The position numbers and the translations under genes are program-made. A stretch of DNA of 64,000 bases from Lingula anatina (Eukaryota > Animalia > Brachiopoda): assembly GCA_051362555.1 (NCBI GenBank), contig CM120645.1:6820001-6884000 (forward strand), read 5' to 3'. The notes under the pieces were generated by a model. It ran no database searches, was not told the origin of the DNA, and worked only from the letters and a program-made list of their open reading frames with translations. Below are positions 52,868 through 62,781 of the stretch, in pieces (the stretch's first letter is position 1; the number at the start of each line of letters is the position of its first letter).

Positions 52868-53673
52868 CTGGAAGTACACAGATATGCATGAAGGACAACT
52901 ATATAAGATCAGCGCGTTTTCAGTTGAAACTGTTAATCGTGCAAAGAGTCTTTAATATACAAGGCAAACCTAGAGATAAATTAGCATGTGTGCTGAATAC
53001 ATTATGAAAATTCAAAAAAAAAAAAAAAAAAAGCATACGAAAACTACTGGATTCGATAGTAATAATTAGCAAGCGATTTTTGTGCGTGTTCAGTCATCCC
53101 CTGTATTTGGAAGGTGGGTCGTTACCCAAATGTATGCGTTAGCTCAGAAAATATCCCTAATTTGTCGAGCACACAAAAACTCTCTCAAAAGTTACCAGAA
53201 ACGCATTTATCTATGTAGAATGTTTTAAAATACCCCAACCAGAAATCGTTTTTATGCATACATACAATCATAGTATCTTTACATTAGTGTCTGTATTTTC
53301 TACTGCATGGTTTCAGAGCAAGATCACAATTCAATTTATAAGGGCGCCAATGAGTTCGCTAGCGTATAAAATTAGGGGAGGGGGAGGCTGTTTAGGTGAG
53401 GCTATTCATACTCATATGTAGGCGATAATTTATCACCATCTTTCATAATTATAAAAAAATTAATGCAAGACGGTTTTGGAAATGATCCTATCTGCAACTA
53501 TTCTGACGCTAGTTCAGGAAACTCCGTCTGGCCATGACAAAGTGCCCTTGGGTGGCAAGAATGTTTTTTTGGAATCCCCTTTCTCTTCAAGAACTATTCA
53601 TTTTTAAGTTCACTGCAAGGCTGCTGTATTCAAACCATAAGAACACGTGAGAGAGTACATGTATAGGCCTTAC

Positions 53674-53750
53674 CTGTGCATCATGCAACAGCTCGTTGTC
53701 ACCTCGGGATCCGTACTTTGGAGACTCAAAGTTCACCCAAGAGGTGAAGC
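53674..53750 (-). CDS. Exon 3 of the secreted protein: N-terminal part of the WxxW domain (GFTSWVNFESPKYGSRGDNELLHDAQ)
   Basis: Not in the ORF track. Acceptor TTAAAG| at 53751, donor CAG|GTAAGG at 53674; 77 nt joins phase 1 to phase 0 exactly; matches WTxWxNxDxP...GDxE. Confidence 0.88.
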
Positions 53751-53913
53751 CTTTAATATAAAAATGAGACGTTCATTAGCAAGGACGTACACACACATGT
53801 GCGCGCGCGCACACACTCTCGCACACACAGCCACTTTCGTCGGCACAATTTTTGAAACTGTTACGGAGATTTTACTTTCGTCAAAATTTTCAGCATTTTT
53901 AATGGTTGCCTAC

Positions 53914-54156
53914 CTGAAGCTCTTCTGTAGCACTGGCCTGGGTAGTCAGCGGTACAAGCCTTGTCAATGACACCACAGATGGGGTACTTGGTGTAGGAAG
54001 GTCCACTGACGAATCCCTCGTCGGAGCGAGCGCCATTGGCACAGGACATCTTGCTGGCCTTAAGGTTGCCGAAGTTGTCGGCGTTCTCACAGCGGTAAAA
54101 GATGTTGGAGTACATGGCGTCAGCAATGAAGTCTCCGAGTTGGCAGCATTCAGTGA
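53914..54156 (-). CDS. Exon 2 of the secreted protein: Cys-rich, degenerate chitin-binding type-2 (CBM14/peritrophin-A)-like module
   Basis: Acceptor TTTCTTTGCAG| at 54157, donor CAG|GTAGGC at 53914; 243 nt, phase 1-1; CCQLGDFIADAMYSNIFYRC...KMSCANG...C...C. The domain call is tentative. Confidence 0.85.
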
Positions 54157-54353
54157 CTGCAAAGAAAGTGCCAAGAATAATCAAGAACGCCTCTGTGGCA
54201 AATAAAGTAAATAAATATTTTAAAAATTGTTAAAATTGGAGACATACTTGAAGGTGCTAAACAAAAAAAAAAAATTGAATCTAAAACTGTGCGAGTGCGA
54301 ATTTTTTAATAAATAGTTTTTTTTTTTGTTAGATTTGAAATAAGGTACCTTAC

Positions 54354-54432
54354 CTGGATAAGAAGAAGGATTTTGCGCCTGGACGAACAGGGCAGCACTA
54401 AGAGCGCACAACAAGGTTGCAAACATGGCCAT
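54354..54432 (-). CDS. Exon 1 of the secreted protein: signal peptide MAMFATLLCALSAALFVQA-QNPSSYP
   Basis: ATG in AAAATGG context at 54432; hydrophobic core and VQA cleavage site; donor CAG|GTAAGG at 54354, phase 1. The spliced CDS is 79+243+77+387 = 786 nt = 261 aa plus stop. Confidence 0.88.
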
Positions 54433-54474
54433 TTTTCCTCTCGCAGCGTCTGTCTTCTCAAACAAAAGCACCGG

Positions 54475-54515
54475 ACCGAAGTGTCAAAACCGTCGCCTTG
54501 CTCGCTTTAAATAGA
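54475..54515 (-). promoter_or_regulatory. TATA box (TATTTAAA, 54513-54506) and predicted start region of the secreted-protein gene
   Basis: TATA-like element about 75-80 bp upstream of the ATG, implying a start near 54480. Confidence 0.55.
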
Positions 54516-55166
54516 CGCCTCGATGACAAAGAATTTGATTCGAAGTTGATGATGATTCGGTCGCCATGGCCCCATAAACTTCTGATGTGAATCCGACACG
54601 AATGCTGGTGGCCGTAAAAACACGTTCACACAGTGCTCACATTGAGCGCATGCAAAATGATGTAAATAACGCTTAGGCCCGATTCACTCGTGTCAACCCG
54701 AGCTATATCCTCTTCTCAGCAACGCCTCACTCTCAAGTCGTAAGATCAAGAAATTATCATTATATTTAGTTTTTTATTGGTTATTACAAATGTCATCGTC
54801 TACGTAATTTGGGCCTTCTGGTGTTCGGTCTATATTAGGCCAGTGTGAACGCACTTTTGTGGCTCTCAATCTCATCTGCATTAAAACAATTAGTCCATGG
54901 TGTTTGTAGGCCTATTAATGAGTTTCAGTCAAGCATACCACAGGACAGTCCGTCCATTTGATTTGATTGGTCGCATCATTGTTGTTAAAGGCTGTCAAGT
55001 GTATCGACAATGGAGAGCTCAGATGTACGCGACCCTTAACGTGTCCTTACACGAGAGACGCGGCGTTGCTGATTGAGGCGTATTGTCTTTATTAAGACCA
55101 GTTACCACTTGACACCTGTCCTGAGAGCAATAGACTATATACTAATTGACACGAGACGGCAGGTTG

Positions 55167-55167
<1 letters not shown>

Positions 55168-55224
<57 letters not shown>
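55168..55224. repeat. (CT)n microsatellite
   Basis: Directly visible. Confidence 0.95.
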
Positions 55225-55228
<4 letters not shown>

Positions 55229-55708
55229 GTTCATATACACTATTAAGGTAGAGCTCATACTGCTCTTTTAGTTCTTAAGTCAGAGGGCGTTCAAGCAGTA
55301 CATGCCCCTCTGTTTGCACTGAAACCCCGCAAACACACGGTGTATCCTCTCTAGTGCATGTAATAGGTACGGGCCTATCGCCCAGTCTCTATAGCCAGGT
55401 TATGTGACGAAGTGGGGAGACGTGTGAATGATATAACCTCTTGTACTCTGAGATATCAATGGTTTGGTTGCATACAAGTGCATGAGCTGGCAATTGATTT
55501 ATTGACTCTCGATACACAGTAATTTGTTTTGGGTCCATTTTTTGATGAATTTTTTCCCTTAATTCCATTTCCCAAATCTTCCTCTGCAGATTCCAATAAA
55601 CCTGTCATATATTTAAAGCCCTTTGTCTTACTAGTTACACAGAAGTCCCATACAGAAATAAAAGGGTAATGTATTACCCCCCCCCCCTTCTCTAGGGGAT
55701 AAGCTTTG

Positions 55709-55977
55709 CAGTGGCGGACTTAGGGGGTGTCATGGGGGGGGGGCTGATCCCCCCCTTCGATTTCTGGAAAATAAATCACACCAATGGTCCCCTCTTGAAA
55801 TTAAGGATTTTGACTAGCTGAATCATAGTTCGAAACCGTACCAAATGGCGCCGTACGCCCTTTTTTCGGGGCCTTTCAGCGGGCCCCGAACCTCACGCCA
55901 AGAGGGTGGGTGGGGGTCGTCTTGCATACACGGACACCCCCCCCCCCCCCCCTTCAAATATCCCTGGATCAGCGCTG
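55709..55977. mobile_element. Non-autonomous DNA transposon (family B copy 1) with CAG..CTG termini and a 5-bp TSD (CTTTG)
   Basis: CTTTG|CAGTGGCGGACTTAGGGG ... CCCTGGATCAGCGCTG|CTTTG; internal TGGTCCCCTCTTGAAAT...TTTTGACTAGCTGAATCAT is shared in inverted orientation with 57087-57286. Confidence 0.75.
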
Positions 55978-57086
55978 CTTTGGGCTGATGTGACACGGGA
56001 TGTTAACATTGGCAAACAGGCCTCAATTAAACAAATCGGGTTAGGACACGTGCTACGTACGCCCGGTAGTTTTGACAGCCATCATATACATAGCCTCTAC
56101 ATTACTTACAAATTGCCCTAACCCGCGCGTCTCGCAGCTGTATAAGATCGCCGATAAAAATGCCCCAAAAAGGAAATTCATATTTTTGTTCACGAATGCG
56201 ACAAATTTCCACACATGGCATCTCTTTTGTCTACATTAGGTTATCTATCTATTACACTTTGTAAACGACCATCATACGTGAATGTAGCTCCAAGATAAAC
56301 TTACGATTCACAGTTCTTAATCTTAGTGTCACCTGAAATTTTAAAATAATTTTTAGCAGTCACGTCATTATTTTGCAGGAAAAGAGTAGAAATAATAATT
56401 TAAGAATGTAGAGGGGCCAGATTTACTACAGTTTGGTATACACCCAATGACATTTACACAATATGCATCATTTTATTCTATTTTTTCTCTTTTATTTTTC
56501 CGTTTATTTTATTTTTTATTTAACATGCACCATTCTTTGTAACATAATTTTAAACGTGTGTGTGTATAATTACATACTGCATATGATTTTTTGTTTTTGG
56601 AAATCCAAGTACCCATGTCTCTAAAAGAAATATGAGAGTAAGTCATCCCTATCGTGTAAGCGAGACATAAAGAAGAATAGGTCAACCTTTGTTTTCCGAT
56701 ACCACGTTAAAATTGTGGTAAGTACTTTTACCTTAATGATTATAGGCTGAGAAGTGTGCAGCTTTTACCGTCAATTATTTATTCACTGCACTATCATTTA
56801 GTTTTGCACAGATAGTGTCTTGGTCATTGACATGATATATACATTTTGTCAGCTCCTTTTCCTGCACAATGGGCTCATTTATGTCCACTAACTATAGTAG
56901 TGGTTATCTATTCATCCATTATTCCTGTTTTTTATGAAAGATAAACACTAAGTTCATTGTATTGATGTTAAGTGGGGTTTCCCTGCATGACATCGCACTT
57001 GATCACGTTTTATGAAATGAATATCTTTGTGCTTTTTTACTTGCTATATACTGAGGATACGACAGTATATAGTAGTAGGCTTATAT

Positions 57087-57286
57087 CAGGGGCGGATCCA
57101 GCATTATTTGAAGGGTGGGTCCGCGGATGGGTGGGATTTTAGAGGGAGAACGGTGCCATTTGGTAAGGTTTAAACTACATGTATGATTCAGCTAGTCAAA
57201 ATTCTCATTTCAAGAGGGGACCAGATCGAAGTGGGGGGGGGGGGGGGGGGAGGCAGGACCCCTCCCCCCCTCTAAATCCGCCACTG
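57087..57286. mobile_element. Non-autonomous DNA transposon (family B copy 2), inverted relative to copy 1
   Basis: TATAT|CAGGGGCGGATCCAG ... CTAAATCCGCCACTG|TAAAT (4/5 TSD match); ATGATTCAGCTAGTCAAAAT...ATTTCAAGAGGGGACCA is the reverse complement of the copy-1 interior. Confidence 0.75.
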
Positions 57287-57695
57287 TAAATACATGTATA
57301 AAATTGCGCAAAAGATAAAAAAAAAAAAACGATAGGCCTACAGAAATTGGCAATTTTGGCATTTTTTCAGTTTGCACAATTGAATCAGATTCAACTCCTT
57401 AGAGAAAAATTTAGCCCATCAACGAAGACCAAATGTAAAAAAAATGTTGATAGTCCCTATAAAATGCTGCTCTATACACCAACGATCGTACGCCAGGGAG
57501 TAGGCCCTACTAGCCCTACATGTACACGTATAGTGGAGTAGGGCCTACCGGTACCTCTATAAAAAGGGCACTTTCCCCCCACACCCATGGCCAGAAAAAT
57601 AGACAGCATTAGTGAAAGGAGTTAGATGATCTCCTTTGGATCCGTTTATGTTAATCATCGCATACAAAATAAAATAATAGAACTGGGTACATGTA

Positions 57696-57754
<59 letters not shown>
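57696..57754. repeat. (TAAA)n microsatellite
   Basis: Directly visible. Confidence 0.95.
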
Positions 57755-58297
57755 ATGGATAAGAAAATTAAGTAAATAAGTATATGAATAAATAAAGTAA
57801 AATAAAAAAACGAAGATTGGGAAAGCATAATTAAGTGTAATGTTTGAAAGAACTATTACATTGACAGTAAGTTAATTGACTTTGGTTTCTAAGAGAATCG
57901 GGCAAAATATTGAAAAACGCTATAATTAAAAACATTTTCATTTTCGATTCCCCCTCTCCCCCCCCTTTATCGGTGGGCAGATCAAGGGGCAGTGTGGTGG
58001 TACAACAACCTGTACTCCCCCCTCCCTTCACTAAAAATTAAGCAATTTATTTGTCCCTGTAATTTATGTACAGTGTAAACTTTAACCTCACCCCCCTCCC
58101 CATCCCCCCGCAATAAAAAGCCTGGGTCATCCCCTTGATATCTGATATCAGTTCGATGACAATGTTTTTCATTTTGAAAGTAACATATCATAATGTTCCC
58201 ATTTATATGTGATAATTTTATCAACACAGATATCATAATTAATTGTAACATCAGCTTTTACTTCGGAAAGTATATTATCATTGGCTTATCTTGATAG

Positions 58298-58334
58298 CCG
58301 CGCCATCTTTTGGATGTTGTGTTGTTGTAGCAAC
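58298..58334 (+). promoter_or_regulatory. Candidate CFAP92 promoter: YY1-like CGCCATCTT and RFX X-box-like GTTGTTGTAGCAAC
   Basis: CGCCATCTT at 58301-58309; 14-bp imperfect palindrome at 58321-58334; downstream donor TTG|GTAAGT at 58640/58641 suggests a non-coding first exon spliced to the acceptor at 59130. Confidence 0.55.
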
Positions 58335-59155
58335 ACACTCAACACCCATGTTGTAAATTATTGCGCATGATATATAAGATTACAAAGTTTGTTATTGAAA
58401 ATGACGAGAGCTATCCAATACATAATAAAATTACAAGAAAATGTAACTTTTACTACTTGCACGTAATATTGCCGAAAAGATGCGACCTATATCTGGGAAC
58501 TATTTTGTTGAACGGAACGTTCGATGTTTACATGATAGCTGTGGTAGGGTCACAGGCGGTGTATGAAAGTTTCGACAAAATGAATAGAAGATGACCCCTA
58601 AAAAGTAGCTTCTACTCAATAGTTTGATTTGATATAATTGGTAAGTATAAAGTTTGTAACAATGTTCCTGTGCATCAATGTAAATAATATTGTTTTAATT
58701 ATGTATGGTTTATTTTTTTGTACAGAAAATAGTGGTAGCTTGTACGGTCATAGCCACTGTTTTTGCCACTGGCTTATTCGAGTAGGGGAACTTCACCAAC
58801 ATTACCCCTGTGAGAACTTAGAAATCTAAGAGAGTTATGTGGGGAATCTTGCTGTTAGGGGTTCGAGGGCTATGTTTTTTATTCAGCAGAATATGATTAT
58901 TGACACTAGTACTAGTAAACGTACACATAGATTTACAACTGTACAGTGCATGGTGACTATACTGCGTAGCATTTTACATTAATGTTGAATTATTAGCATG
59001 CAGTACCAGAAGAATGTCACTGTTTCATTGTTGATTGAGATATGGGTTCTTAAGAAGCGGAAATATTAATTGAAAGGTTACTGACACTGGCAATAATGGC
59101 ACTGAGTACTAGTATCATATAATGTTTCAGGAAAAAAAAAGAATAAAAAAGAAAG

Positions 59156-59618
59156 ATGGAAGAAGAAAAGGTAGAATCCCAAGAAGTTGATACTGACAGT
59201 GCTAATCCTGAGGTTGCACCAGAGGAAACAGAACAAACTGAAACAAAAATCAAAGATGATGAAACAGCTTCTGAGAAAGCTGTTATCGTGTCTGGGGAAA
59301 TTACTGTTGAAGAAGGTGCACTAAAAGAAACTGTCAAGGATGCTGATCAATTAAGTGATGTTAAATCTACCAATCTGGATGAATCTGTGTCCAGACCAGA
59401 GAGCCCAGCAAAGACTGCATCAAGCCGACCAGGAAGTCGCTCAAGTCGAGGGAGAAAGTCCCCTTTGTATGACGAAGCTGAGAGCAGTGTTGGGCGACAG
59501 AGTCGTGCAAGTGGGGAGGCTGTATTTGAGGCGCGCAGACGAGGCAAAAAGGGACCGTTACCTCCAGATGCTCACAAAGTGACTTTTACAATAGCTACTG
59601 CTTTAGCAGTGCCAACAG
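59156..59618 (+). CDS. CFAP92: CFAP92/KIAA1257-like protein, first coding exon (acidic, Ser/Arg-rich N-terminus and HKVTFTI motif)
   Basis: Acceptor TTTCAG| at 59130, ATG at 59156, donor CAG|GTAATT at 59618 (phase 1); the remainder of the 219-aa ORF is intron read-through. Confidence 0.85.
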
Positions 59619-61413
59619 GTAATTGTTTCTGTATAAAAATTCTGTATGGTTGTATTTATAAAAACTTCTTGATACCTCAAAAGCTGTTCTCATTTGGAAT
59701 TGTACTGGATATTCAACAATCTCAGAAATTTAAAATCACAACATGCTCAGCTATATTATTATTATTATTTTTTCTTGTATGGCTTTTATGGCTTAACATC
59801 ACAATAAATTTTTAAATATAACCTGGACATGTAAATATGAACTGTTATGCATTATTTTAGTCGAAGAAACACAAGAATCTGACATAGGTTCTATGTCAGG
59901 TGACCAATCCAGACAAGGTAGATAATCTCACGGGTGCCATATATTATGTTTTAAATAAGTCACATGCCATGTCATGTGACAGGAGTGTTGCACATTTCCC
60001 TGAAGTGATATTTGTAGAAGCACAACCACGGGATACATTATATGTAATATGAACTGCTCTTTTTCAGCACTTGTGGTGGGCTTTTATTTTTTCAACTAGG
60101 AAGTGAATATTAAACTAACTCAAAACAATCACACAGCACATTTTGAATTGGTTTATGCACTGCTATTTCAGACACCAAATCAATACTAATAATCTCTCAG
60201 CACTCTTTTATGCACTGCATTAATTTATAATTGCTTTTGAGGGGGAAGAGTGCTACTCATGCCATACGCTGTGCTTTCATTTACTGTCAGATTTATTTAC
60301 TTCTGCATTAAGATTTTCAATGTTTTTTTAATTATTTTTTTTTTATTTTTTTTTATTTATTTATTTTTTTTTTACAAAAAGAACACCACACAGCCAAACT
60401 GTCTACTTTCCGTATAGGTAAACATAAAGAAAAGTCAACATGAACCTACATAAAAAATTAGTTGCCAATGATTATGCTAAAACAAAAATGGCCCAAAGTC
60501 TGGCTTTCATCACATTCATCGCCTAGTATTCCTTCACAAAATCATTTTATATTCATTTTATGTTTTACCAGTCTGTTAATGAACATTACTGTGTGCATTT
60601 TACGTACCTGAAGTAGATCAATAAATCACAACTTCTCTGAGCTGCAACTATTATAATAGCAGCACTCTGGGAGGGGTGTATTGATTGGTGAATACACATA
60701 ATGTTATGGGCAGGAACAAAGTAGTCTTTGTGATTTGTAGATTGATTCATGAGTTCCTGTAGATGGTAGTGTGCCCCAGGGGTAGGTCTAGATATCTAGA
60801 CTGGCAGACATCTACAGCAACAAAGTAAACAAACCAAATAAAGTAAAATACTCATTTTTATGTATTTGAAAGTTTTTTTTTAAATAAAACTGACCAGCAT
60901 TGAGGACATGTAATCTAGATGACTACTAGCATAAGAACTGTACAATGTTACAATGTCCTCTAAACTCACAAGGTTGAGTTATTTGTTGGTAATTAATACA
61001 TGTAGCAGCTTTTTTAATGACCTGGGTTGAATATAATGTTTTATCCTTCTTGACTATGAGATTAAACCAAATACACAAATAGACTGCTCATAATAGAATC
61101 TGGTTTGCATATGCATAAAACGAAACAAGTGGAAAAGTACCAGACAAAGATTTACTCCAGGATGCTATTATTGTGCTTGATGTTTCGAACACTGCCATAA
61201 TGTCACTCTTGGTTTATTTTTGTATAACTTGAGAAAAAGAAATAAAAAAATCCTAGTATTATTAATTCATTTTATATGCAAGCAATTTTATTCTTGCATG
61301 ATGGTTTTGGTATACCAACAGTGGACACCGAAAAAAAAGCCAAAATGTTTGAAACACAAAAAGTATCATTGTGAGATCATTTTATAGAACATTTCACATG
61401 GCATTTATTTCAG

Positions 61414-61657
61414 CTGACGACGAAGACATGCCAGATTTCACAGACCTGGTGCGACGCAAAAAGCGCATCGTGGAGGCACCGCGTGCACAGGGGTACTACC
61501 ACTGCGAGTATTACCTGATGCCCGATGATGACGAGCCGGTCAGGATTGACGTGGTCACTTACGGGATGGCCGCCAAGATCTACCCGGAGAACCTGGACGC
61601 TAAGGTGGTCAAGACATGGCAGGATGGGGAACAGACATGGGTGGCCTGGACCTTAAA
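61414..61657 (+). CDS. CFAP92: CFAP92-like coding exon 2 (DUF4550)
   Basis: Acceptor TTTATTTCAG|, donor AA|GTGAGG (phase 2); YYHCEYYLMPDDDEPVRIDVVTYGMAAKIY...VKTWQDGEQTWVAW closely matches recalled human KIAA1257 YYHIEYFLLPDDEEPKKVD...VKPWHEGDKAWVSW. Confidence 0.9.
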
Positions 61658-61976
61658 GTGAGGACTGATTAAAGTCTGTTTGATTGCAGTGATTGAAAAA
61701 AAGTGCTATTTGATATCTATTCTAAAGAGACTGAGTTTAGTTGTTTTAAGGACTGCCGTCGACTGCACAACATCATTTGATTGAAACTGTAGACTATCCG
61801 TTTTCTTTTTTTCTTCATTTTAACTCTAAAGAGAAAAAACAATAAGATAATATTAATAAATAAAAAAATGAAAAGTCTGCATGTGATGTGAAGTTTAAAA
61901 TTAAAAAAAAAAACAACTGAAACAAACAGGAGAATGAATATCAATAAATTAATGATGCATGTCTTCTTCTGTTAAG

Positions 61977-62122
61977 GCACACTATGTACCTGACCAAGGA
62001 CTCCCTTTTGAAGCTGTATAACCACACCATGGAGCTCAGGATCTGGGACACCAAGGACAAACTTGGCATGAGAGCCAGATATGACAGACCAAAGGCTTTC
62101 AAGCTTCCCACTGCCAAACCAG
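61977..62122 (+). CDS. CFAP92: CFAP92-like coding exon 3 (DUF4550)
   Basis: Not in the ORF track. Acceptor GTTAAG|, donor CAG|GTACTT; 146 nt, phase 2 to 1; HTMYLTKDSLLKLYNHTMELRIWDTKDKLGMRARYDRPKAFKLP matches the TKELL...LRLWNTKDK pattern. Confidence 0.88.
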
Positions 62123-62595
62123 GTACTTTTGCCAGCAGAAATTGTTCAAAAGTCTGAATATTTTGGCAATTTTTTTATTCCATAATCATTATATTCATAG
62201 CCACTCAAGGTCAATATGCCCCATTGTGATTTATTTTATGATTCCTATGTGAACTAGGGCAAAACTGAAATGTGAAGAAGGTTATATTGAATCTAGATTT
62301 TTCCTCTTATCTCATCATAAATCAGAGAGACTAACAGCTTATTTCAACTGAACAAAAGTATCAGTAAGATTTATGACAGGCACTCATATCCCACCCTAGT
62401 AGGAAATTGAATTAAGTATTTCTTCAGATATCATATTTCAAAGACAACATCTACAAACCTTAATTAAACTTAGATCATTAATTGCCCCTTGATAAAGGTA
62501 CGGCCACCAGCATAAATCCTCTGTTAATTGCCTTGATCAATACTGGTAATTGATACCAGCCCAATTTTTTCAAAACAATTTGCTTCTTAATTCAG

Positions 62596-62781
62596 GCACC
62601 AGTCCAGATGATATTGGAGGGGTGAAGCAACTGGTGATGAAGCAGTCCAACAACTACCTGAAACTTCAGCCCAAGAAGCTGTACTTAGACCGTCCCTTGC
62701 CTTCCCAACCTGAGCTCAGGGCAGAGTGGAGAGAGAGCAGACTCATGAAGATGGAGAAAGAGAAAAACAGGAAGAACAAAG
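62596..62781 (+). CDS. CFAP92: CFAP92-like coding exon 4; gene continues beyond the window
   Basis: Acceptor TAATTCAG|, donor AAG|GTGGGT; 186 nt, phase 1-1, open frame GTSPDDIGGVKQLVMKQSNNYLKLQPKK... Confidence 0.8.

Noticed and set aside
57043-57072. Perfect 10-bp hairpin CTATATACTG/CAGTATATAG containing CTGAGGA
   Set aside because: No GAAA box, so not a hammerhead; a short AT-rich inverted repeat with no supportable function.
59619-59815. Hydrophobic C-terminus of the 219-aa ORF suggesting a membrane anchor
   Set aside because: It lies after a good donor at 59618; splicing to 61414 restores the conserved DUF4550 frame, so this is intron read-through.
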